Below, piece after piece: positions 1 through 6,216 of a DNA stretch of 27,914 nt. The position numbers and the translations under genes are program-made. The number at the start of each line of letters is the position of its first letter. The first letter of the stretch is position 1. The notes beneath the pieces were generated by a model, which was given only the letters and a program-made list of their open reading frames with translations, made no database searches and was not told the origin of the DNA. Source of the DNA: a virus (Duplodnaviria > Caudoviricetes); IMG/VR virus record IMGVR_UViG_3300049171_000102, positions 1 through 27,914 of that record. One strand, written 5' to 3'.

Positions 1-78
1 CCGCCTCCCCCTTGTGGCGGGGGCCGGAGGGGGTGACGCCACGCTACGCCCGGTTGGGGCGGAAAGCGCCCGAGCGGC

Positions 79-128
79 AACTACTAATCTGGGGCCAACT
101 GGTACATCACTGGTAGTTCTGGTAGTTC
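79..128. repeat. Short repeat cluster: CTGGTA x3, tandem CTGGTAGTT x2, inverted AACTAC
   Basis: CTGGTA at 99, 110 and 119; CTGGTAGTT at 110-118 and 119-127; AACTAC at 79-84 is the reverse complement of GTAGTT. Locally AT-richer than the surroundings. Confidence 0.6.
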
Positions 129-336
129 ACGGCGGCAGGGGCTCCCCGGCGTCCACGGCGACGAGCCACCGCGCGCCCCACGCCTCGACCGGCAGCGCGG
201 ACGGGCCCTCCGCGAGCAGCGGCAGGGCCCGCGCCACCTCCTCCACCGTCCACGGCCGCCCCGGGCCGGCGGGGTCCCTGAGTACGGCGACAGCGGCGAC
301 GACCTCATCCATCGGCGGCGCGGTGGTGGTGGCCAT
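127..336 (-). CDS. Hypothetical protein (69 aa), possibly leaderless
   Basis: ORF MATTTAPPMDEVV...GEPLPP with GC-rich third positions. No SD; GATCCT lies 6 nt before the ATG. Divergent from the RHH gene. Confidence 0.45.
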   Translation of the reverse strand: MATTTAPPMDEVVAAVAVLRDPAGPGRPWTVEEVARALPLLAEGPSALPVEAWGARWLVAVDAGEPLPP

Positions 337-386
337 GACGGCAGGATCGCACGGTGGCCCCCGGCGCGAAGGCAAATTCATTCCTC

Positions 387-429
387 AGGTTGACGCATGC
401 GTCTACCTCCCCTATGGTTAACGCATGCG
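387..429 (+). promoter_or_regulatory. Sigma70/HrdB-type promoter overlapped by two operator-like sites
   Basis: TTGACG (390-395), 17 bp, TATGGT (413-418). Near-perfect 22-bp palindrome AGGTtGACGCATGCGTCtACCT (387-408). GGTT(G/A)ACGCATGCG occurs at 388-401 and 416-429. Confidence 0.8.
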
Positions 430-458
430 GAAACGCTCCGCAGCGAAAGGGGAGGGCC

Positions 459-947
459 ATGCCGCGCATCAACATCTACGACCACGCCACCGACGAGTTC
501 GACCAGAGCGAGCCCCAGCTCATCGGCTGGTTCAACCCCGACTCCGCCACCTCCTACGAGGAAGCCACGGAGTGGGACGGCAACAACCACGTCTCCGTCA
601 ACCCCGTCGGCCAGTACGGGCACCAGATGCTCTACCGCACCAAGGGCGGGCGCTGGATCCTCAACACGTGGTCCCAGTACCAAGGTGTCGCGGATCGGTA
701 CGAGTTCATCGACGACGACACCGCCAAGGACTGGTTGATCCGCAACAACGAGGACGACGCCGCCGAGCAGTGGTTCGGCGCGCTGGAGGAGGAGTCCGGG
801 CCTAACCTCGGAGGCCGCCCCGCCGTCGGCACGAAGGTGGAGACGCGCCTGCCGGACGACCTCCTCGCCCGCCTCGACGAGCGCGCCGAGACGGAGGGTG
901 TGGCCCGCGCGGAGATGATCCGCCGCCTCGTCACCGCCGCCCTCTGA
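459..947 (+). CDS. Protein with unknown acidic/aromatic N-terminal domain and C-terminal ribbon-helix-helix (CopG/Arc-like) DNA-binding domain, 162 aa
   Basis: SD GGAGG at 451-455, ATG at 459. C-terminus GRPAVGTKVETRLPDDLLARLDERAETEGVARAEMIRRLV fits the RHH pattern. Confidence 0.85.
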   Translation: MPRINIYDHATDEFDQSEPQLIGWFNPDSATSYEEATEWDGNNHVSVNPVGQYGHQMLYRTKGGRWILNTWSQYQGVADRYEFIDDDTAKDWLIRNNEDDAAEQWFGALEEESGPNLGGRPAVGTKVETRLPDDLLARLDERAETEGVARAEMIRRLVTAAL

Positions 948-958
948 CGACAGCGAAG

Positions 959-994
959 CGCCCCCACTGCCGGCCGAAGCCAGCAGTGGGGGCG
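959..994 (+). terminator. GC-rich stem-loop, probable terminator or attenuator
   Basis: CGCCCCCACTGC-C-GGC / CGAA loop / GCC-A-GCAGTGGGGGCG starting 12 nt after the stop codon. No U-tract. Confidence 0.6.
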
Positions 995-1175
995 AAGCGC
1001 AACCCTCGAAGGGGCGATGAGAGCAACTGCGCTGCTGACCGCGGCCATCAAACGGCAAGTTGCTACCCCGCGTGCGGGGCAATGCGCCCACCGTAGCAGA
1101 GCACCCGCAGTGGCCACTGCCCCCGTTCGTCCATCCGTCTTATGTAGAGACCGCCACGCGGAAAGGACCACTGAC

Positions 1176-1538
1176 GTGATCATCGCCAACCTGACCCCTC
1201 ACCCCGTCACCATCTTCGACGGTGACCGTGCCATCGTCACCCAACCCCCGGACGGCACCATGGCCCGCTGCGTCGAAACCCGTGCCGATCTCGGCACCGT
1301 CGTCCTCTACGGCAACAAGGTCCCCCTGCGTGAGGTCGCGTTCGGGGACGTGGAAGGGCTGCCGGAACCGGCGGACGGCGTCATCGTCGTGGTGTCCCGC
1401 GCTGCTGCCGAGGCCGCCGCCATGCGGTACCCGGAGCGGGACGACATCGTGTACCCCGACGGCCAAGTCCGGGACGGGCAGGGCCGCATCATCGGGTGCA
1501 CCGGCCTCGCCCGCGTGCCCCGGATGTCCACGCGCTGA
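1176..1538 (+). CDS. Conserved small NLTPH-motif protein (120 aa); candidate Crn4-like cyclic oligoadenylate ring nuclease / anti-CRISPR
   Basis: SD AAAGGA then GTG at 1176. Motifs NLTPH, PPDG.MAR, GLPEP..GVIVVVSR, R.DI..P, VRD..GRIIGC. The ORF is solid; the functional link is from recollection and unverified. Confidence 0.6.
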   Translation: MIIANLTPHPVTIFDGDRAIVTQPPDGTMARCVETRADLGTVVLYGNKVPLREVAFGDVEGLPEPADGVIVVVSRAAAEAAAMRYPERDDIVYPDGQVRDGQGRIIGCTGLARVPRMSTR

Positions 1539-1550
1539 CCCCACGCACGC

Positions 1551-1588
1551 CGCAGCGCCCCGCCTCCCGAAGGAGACGGGGCGCTGTG
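1551..1588. terminator. Probable bidirectional terminator between convergent units
   Basis: CGCAGCGCCCCG-C-CTCC / CGAA / GGAG-A-CGGGGCGCTGTG, between the + strand stop at 1538 and the - strand stop at 1664. Confidence 0.75.
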
Positions 1589-1663
1589 CGTGAAGCAGAC
1601 CGGTACGGAACCGGTGCGTTGGTCGCGCTACCGCCAGCATGGCACGCCGCACCGACAATCCAC

Positions 1664-1915
1664 TCAACGGCCGGTGTCTGGCTCCAGCATCAGCGTCACG
1701 TCCGGCCCGCGCTCAGCGTCGAAGTCAGGGCCCATCAGCCACGTGACGCTGCTGACGGCGTACCCGCGGTCCGTCTCCCACTCCGTGCCGTCCTCGTCGG
1801 TGGTGGTGGCGTACCACAGGATCTCGTCACCCACCCGTGGCAGACGCGACGGCTCCATCTCGATGATGGCGTCCTTCACGGACTGGTCGCAGAAATCCAG
1901 CTGTACGCGCAGCAT
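1664..1915 (-). CDS. Small acidic hypothetical protein (83 aa)
   Basis: SD GAGAGGAG upstream of the ATG, GC3-biased codons, LPRVGD motif suggestive of a small beta-barrel. Confidence 0.75.
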   Translation of the reverse strand: MLRVQLDFCDQSVKDAIIEMEPSRLPRVGDEILWYATTTDEDGTEWETDRGYAVSSVTWLMGPDFDAERGPDVTLMLEPDTGR

Positions 1916-2049
1916 GGCGCGCTCCTCTCGCAGACGGTGGTGGACAGCCCGGCCGGGACCGAGAACTAGTCCACCACGCCCCCCAGAGAGGCCACTAACG
2001 TTCCGTTAACGCTGCCCGCTGAGCAGTACAAACGCAGCGCCCCGCCGCC

Positions 2050-2724
2050 TCACCACTGCCGGCGGGACGGGTCCAACGCGGCGAGGTCGAGGATGCCGGA
2101 GTCGTCCGGCGGCGGGTCTTCTGCGGGCGGGGCACCATCTCGCCGGCACAACAGAGCATCCGGATCCCACGCCGGCGCCTGAAGCGAGTAGCCATCCGGG
2201 CAGGACGGACCAGGAGGCCCGACCGGGCCCCGCTCCCCATCCTCACCATCCGCACCCGGTTCGCCAGGGACACCCTGCTGCCCTTGGGCGCCGTCCGCAC
2301 CCGGCTCCCCCGGGGTACCGTCCTGGCCATCGACGCCGGGCTCTCCGGGCTCACCATCGACACCGTCCACCCCCGGCTCCCCGTCCCCCCCGTCCTGCCC
2401 GTCTGCACCGTCACGGCCGGGCTCTCCCGGCTCGCCCCGCGGGCCGGGCACCGGCACCAACTCGACGCCGTCGTCCTCCAACTCGTCGACCGCATCCTCA
2501 GGCGGAGGCGCCGCCGGCTCCTGCCCCAGGCCCTCCAGCTGAGCCCGCAGCGTGCGCACGTCCTCCGCGAGCAGCGCCACCGCCTCGCCCCGGGCATCCG
2601 CCCGGGCGGCCTCGGCCCGGACCTGGAGCAGCGCGAGCGACACCGCACCACCCAGGAACAGCAGTGCCGCCACGATCCACAACAGATGCCGGCGCCGATA
2701 CGTCCATCGCTCCGTGACCGTCAT
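2050..2724 (-). CDS. Membrane-anchored coiled-coil / collagen-like protein (224 aa)
   Basis: N-terminal basic patch plus TM helix, coiled coil, 27 uninterrupted G-X-Y triplets, then CPDGY...C. ATGA overlap with the upstream gene. Confidence 0.9.
   Translation of the reverse strand: MTVTERWTYRRRHLLWIVAALLFLGGAVSLALLQVRAEAARADARGEAVALLAEDVRTLRAQLEGLGQEPAAPPPEDAVDELEDDGVELVPVPGPRGEPGEPGRDGADGQDGGDGEPGVDGVDGEPGEPGVDGQDGTPGEPGADGAQGQQGVPGEPGADGEDGERGPVGPPGPSCPDGYSLQAPAWDPDALLCRRDGAPPAEDPPPDDSGILDLAALDPSRRQW
2203..2445 (-). repeat. Collagen triple-helix repeat (27 x G-X-Y)
   Basis: GPR-GEP-GEP-GRD...GPV-GPP-GPS counted in the translation. Confidence 0.9.
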
Positions 2725-3008
2725 GGCGTCCCCCCGAGTTGCTGCACCATCAGCCGCAGGCGTGCTATCTCTGCTTCCAGGGCGTGAGACTTCGCCTCCG
2801 CCGCAGACGCGCGGGCGTCCGCGGCCTTCTCGTCTGCTTCCGCCTTGTCCCGCTCAGCTACGAGGCGAGACGTCAGGCTGTCGTAACCCGTGATGACTCC
2901 GCCCTCCCGCTGAGCCCTACCCGCGGCGCGATGTCCGTAGATGGCTGCCGCCGCGGGCACCAACGCGCCGCTCAGTGCGGCTATCGCCGTGACCATGGCG
3001 GCGTCCAT
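2721..3008 (-). CDS. Small TM + coiled-coil protein of the lysis cassette (95 aa)
   Basis: SD GGAGG, ATG at 3008. Hydrophobic N-terminus followed by a heptad-rich helix. Confidence 0.8.
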   Translation of the reverse strand: MDAAMVTAIAALSGALVPAAAAIYGHRAAGRAQREGGVITGYDSLTSRLVAERDKAEADEKAADARASAAEAKSHALEAEIARLRLMVQQLGGTP

Positions 3009-3036
3009 ACGCCCCTCCCGCCGCTGGTAGGACAGT

Positions 3037-3351
3037 TCAGCTGGCCACCCGACGGGGTACACCCACGTCCTGCGCGGCACCGGACACCCCGGACGGCTTC
3101 CACAGCCCGAAGTGGCTCGCGACCGCGGTGGCGAACGAGACCAGCCACAGGACGGCGCCGGTCTCCCAGTCGTAGCCCGGTCCGCCGGCCTGCGCCTCGA
3201 CGAGGAACCCGGTCAGCGCGGCCAGCGCCAGCAGCAGCACGGCCTTGACGCCGGCGTGTGTCACGCGGGTGGTCACCAGGCCGACCACTACGGGCAGCAC
3301 CAGCGAGATCACGAGCCCCAGCCAGTAGGCGCCGTTCAGCTCAACATCCAT
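3037..3351 (-). CDS. Putative holin (104 aa, three hydrophobic segments)
   Basis: ATG at 3351 right after the previous stop. Three TM-like stretches, basic C-terminus, downstream of the endolysin. Confidence 0.75.
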   Translation of the reverse strand: MDVELNGAYWLGLVISLVLPVVVGLVTTRVTHAGVKAVLLLALAALTGFLVEAQAGGPGYDWETGAVLWLVSFATAVASHFGLWKPSGVSGAAQDVGVPRRVAS

Positions 3352-3352
3352 T

Positions 3353-3673
3353 TCAGCCTTCTCTCTGCGCCAGGGCGCGTGAATGCCGGTCGAGCCGGCG
3401 ATACTTCTCCTCCGTGCTGTGGCCGTCCCACACCCCGTCACCCACCCGCACATGCGCGAAGAGGTCGAGGTCGCCAGGGCTGATGTGCCACGACGCCTGA
3501 CCGGTGGGCAGCGTCACGAACAGCACCGGCCACTCCGGCTCGGCCGCGTCCGCGCCGTGCACCAGCACCGACGGGTACACCGCCGCGAGGTGCGCGATCA
3601 GGCGCGCCCGCTCCCGGTACACCGCCGTCAACGGATCCGGACCCGCCGACGCGGCCTGACTCGTGTCCGTCAT
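3353..3673 (-). CDS. WDGH-motif phage protein (106 aa)
   Basis: Motifs Y.ER..L, LPTGQASWH, DLF, WDGH...KY.RL. Soluble; tightly packed between endolysin and holin. Confidence 0.8.
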   Translation of the reverse strand: MTDTSQAASAGPDPLTAVYRERARLIAHLAAVYPSVLVHGADAAEPEWPVLFVTLPTGQASWHISPGDLDLFAHVRVGDGVWDGHSTEEKYRRLDRHSRALAQREG

Positions 3674-3675
3674 AG

Positions 3676-4593
3676 TCAGTTCTCCGTGAGTCGGTCGGCG
3701 AGCGCGGCGAGAGCGGCGTCCGCACCCGCCCGGGCCGCGGCCTCTGCCTGCTCGACCGTCAGCCCGCCGCCCTCCGCGACCGCCCGCATCAGCTCCGCCA
3801 GCACGCTGCCCTGCGCCCCCAACAGCGCCACCGCCTCCTGCGCGGCGGCCTTGCCGTTGAGCGCGTTCTCGTAGGAGCGGAGCAGGATCGTGCTCGCCTG
3901 CAACTCCGAGTCACCGCGCTTGATCTTGTGCTTCCACAGGTCGGCAGGGGTGGGCATGTCGTCCTCCTCGGTGGTGGTGTCGCCGGGGCTCCAGCTCGCG
4001 GAGTGCTCGAGGCGCTCGGCGACCCGGGCGCGGAAGGCGTCCATGCTGAAGCTCGGATCGATCTTGCGCGTCGTCGCTTCCTTGTGGCCGATCACGCTGT
4101 CCGCCGACCAGCCATGCGCCCGGCAGAGGGCAGCCGCCCAACGGACCGCCTGGTCGTACTGCACGTTGGGGTACGGGTCCGACCCGTTGCCGAGGTTCTC
4201 CACCTCGAGCCCATACGCGACGTCGTTCCCGTCGATCGGCTCGCTCGAGTCCGGCCGCGGGTGCGTCGAGGACTCCGCCACCATCGCGTCGTAGGCATTC
4301 CGCGCCATCGACCCGCAGTGATTCGTCCGCCCCGCAGAGATCATCGACGCGGTGCCGTCCTTCGCCAGGTGCGTGTGACACAGCGGCCCCGGCAGATCCG
4401 ACCGGCCCTCGTAGCACAGCGCCCTCGAGTCCCGGCCCGCGGTGTGGTGGACGACGAGGCCCTTGACCGGCCCGAACGCACGGCCGGTCTCGTCGTCCCG
4501 TCCATGCGTCCGCCACGAGCGGTACTCGACGACGCGCACACCCTCAGCGTGCAGAACCTCGAGCATCCGGCCAGCCGTCAGCGGTGTCGCCAT
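3676..4593 (-). CDS. Endolysin, N-acetylmuramoyl-L-alanine amidase (Amidase_2 type), 305 aa
   Basis: VVHHTAG, NHCG, GLEVEN and VIGHKE...RKIDP zinc-amidase motifs; helical C-terminal region. Confidence 0.92.
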   Translation of the reverse strand: MATPLTAGRMLEVLHAEGVRVVEYRSWRTHGRDDETGRAFGPVKGLVVHHTAGRDSRALCYEGRSDLPGPLCHTHLAKDGTASMISAGRTNHCGSMARNAYDAMVAESSTHPRPDSSEPIDGNDVAYGLEVENLGNGSDPYPNVQYDQAVRWAAALCRAHGWSADSVIGHKEATTRKIDPSFSMDAFRARVAERLEHSASWSPGDTTTEEDDMPTPADLWKHKIKRGDSELQASTILLRSYENALNGKAAAQEAVALLGAQGSVLAELMRAVAEGGGLTVEQAEAAARAGADAALAALADRLTEN

Positions 4594-4602
4594 GGTCCCC
4601 CC

Positions 4603-5670
4603 TCAGTTCAGCGCGGCCAGCGGCACGCGGATCAGCTCGATGCGCTCGTACAGCGCCATGTCTCCGACCTCGACGAGCATCAGCAGGTCGTCGCCGTCCA
4701 CGGCGAGGTCGCTGTACGCGGCCAACCTGCCGGTGACCTCGTGCCGCAGGGTCCACGTCGATCCGGCGTCCTCGGACACCCACAGGCCGAGGCCTGCGCG
4801 CTCCTCGGGGTGCAGCGGGCCGCTGTGCACGAGGCGACCGTCGGGGAGGGCGTGGACGGCGCCGTGGCAGATCGGCAGGGGCAGCGTCGCCTGCGACCGG
4901 TACGGCATCGTCAGCGTCGCCCCACCGTCCACGCTGTACGCGTCCGCCCGGTTGCCCGGCGACTCGTCGGCCACGCGCCGACAGGTGAAGTAGACGCGGC
5001 CGTCGGCGAGCTCGGCGGCGGTGCTCTCGTTCTCGTTGATCAGGCCGTCAGCTGTCGACGACACGGCGCCGACCTGCCACGACACGCCGCCGTCGTCCGA
5101 GTAGATCGCGTGGCAGCCGTAGTGCTGCGGCTCGGAGCCGTCGTCTGCCCCGGCCGGCACCCTCGTGTGCCAGCACGGCACGACCAGGCGGCCGGCGTGC
5201 GGGGCGGCCGTCAGCGCGATGCCGTGGCCCGGGCCGGTTCCGTAGTGCCGCATCCACGCCGGTCGCGCCGTGGCCGAGATGTCCACTGCCGGGGACCACG
5301 ACTCGCCCTGCGTGCTGCTGCGCTGCACGTAGACGCGCCGCGGCGGATCCTCCCCGGTACGGATGCCGAGGCTGGTGTCCGTCGCGCCGTTGCGGCACGA
5401 CAGCAGCACCGCATCGCCCGACGTGGGGTCGATCAGCGGCGCCGGGTTCGCGGCCGTAGCCGCACCGTGGGACTGCGCGATACGCAGCGGCTCCCACGTC
5501 ACCCCGCCATCCAGCGACCGGCGGGAGACGATGTCCACGTTGCCGTAGTCGCCGGCGCCGTCCACGCGGCCCTCAGCGAAGGCGAGCAGCACGCCGCCGC
5601 CCAAGCTGAGCAGGGCGGGGATGCGGAAGGTGTGGTAGCCGGACGTGCCGGATACGAAGGGAGTGGACAA
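4603..5670 (-). CDS. GH33 sialidase-family (exo-alpha-sialidase/Kdnase-like) beta-propeller, 355 aa
   Basis: TTG start after AGGAGG. FRIP motif, five Asp-boxes (SLDGGVTW, SSTQGESW, SDDGGVSW, SVDGGATL, SEDAGSTW), NENE glutamate, AAYSDL tyrosine. Confidence 0.9.
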   Translation of the reverse strand: MSTPFVSGTSGYHTFRIPALLSLGGGVLLAFAEGRVDGAGDYGNVDIVSRRSLDGGVTWEPLRIAQSHGAATAANPAPLIDPTSGDAVLLSCRNGATDTSLGIRTGEDPPRRVYVQRSSTQGESWSPAVDISATARPAWMRHYGTGPGHGIALTAAPHAGRLVVPCWHTRVPAGADDGSEPQHYGCHAIYSDDGGVSWQVGAVSSTADGLINENESTAAELADGRVYFTCRRVADESPGNRADAYSVDGGATLTMPYRSQATLPLPICHGAVHALPDGRLVHSGPLHPEERAGLGLWVSEDAGSTWTLRHEVTGRLAAYSDLAVDGDDLLMLVEVGDMALYERIELIRVPLAALN

Positions 5671-5678
5671 AGAGCCTC

Positions 5679-6206
5679 CTACGAGAGCGGCCCGGCGTAG
5701 TAGATGGCGATGTGGCAGCGCAGCGAGCCCGTGCCCGTGTTCAGGGCGCCGCCGGTGTTCTGGAACGGCGACAGCTCCACGTAGTCCGAGGAGCCGTCCA
5801 GATCCGTCGGCAGGTTCCGCGCGGGAACCGACAGGGTTTGATTCGTCGGGGTATTCGCGTGCGTCACCGACGTGGCGGCGACAGGGAGCGCCCCGTTTAC
5901 CAGCCACGAACTGCCTCGCCGGGCACCCGACGCCGACCCGGCGAACCCGGCCTCCCCGGTCAGTTGGTACCAGCCCGCCTCTGTCGGGGTGTACCGGGTA
6001 GGTGATCCCGCAGACCATCCGCCGAGCAGGTCCAGAATGACGTTGTCCCAGCTCAGGGCGTTCGCGGTGGTGCCGACCGTAGAGTCTGCGATGGATTGTG
6101 CCGCGTCCCGCGCGGCGAAGAACACGAGGCGGCCGATGGCGGCGGCGGCGTTGAACCGGTCGCCGGTGAGGCGCTGCCCCGGCAGCAGCACGGCAGGGAA
6201 CGACAC
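5679..6206 (-). CDS. Minor tail / putative receptor-binding protein (175 aa, C1q-like jelly-roll pattern)
   Basis: Follows the large tail protein. Beta-rich with YTPTEAGWYQL and DYVEL...QNTGGALN; N-terminal PGQRLT..RFN anchor-like segment. Confidence 0.65.
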   Translation of the reverse strand: MSFPAVLLPGQRLTGDRFNAAAAIGRLVFFAARDAAQSIADSTVGTTANALSWDNVILDLLGGWSAGSPTRYTPTEAGWYQLTGEAGFAGSASGARRGSSWLVNGALPVAATSVTHANTPTNQTLSVPARNLPTDLDGSSDYVELSPFQNTGGALNTGTGSLRCHIAIYYAGPLS

Positions 6207-6216
6207 GGCGTGCCTC

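Noticed and set aside
1-130. tRNA gene or tRNA-derived att core
   Set aside because: No T-loop GTTCRA/CCA or cloverleaf on either strand; only a small GGGCG-GAAAG-CGCCC hairpin.
1010-1070. Hammerhead ribozyme (GATGAG next to a stem)
   Set aside because: The core CUGAUGA and the GAAA strand are not present in the required arrangement.
1176-1538. AcrIII-1 (DUF1874) or Csx15 assignment
   Set aside because: No N.FS..M / GH..T pattern of AcrIII-1 and no NFSHPL start of Csx15; the motif set is different.
3353-3673. Calling the WDGH protein Tad1 or Tad2
   Set aside because: It lacks the motifs I recall for Tad1 (FQ.GP, REN..A, EEAL.W) and Tad2/DUF2829 (R.GWNG, W..SQ.D.LA.DW), so no specific name is supported.
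4603-6018. ORF-track N-terminal extensions of the sialidase (471 aa), portal (845 aa) and several others
   Set aside because: The extensions overlap upstream genes and read as non-protein-like; downstream starts have clear SD sites or stop-start coupling.
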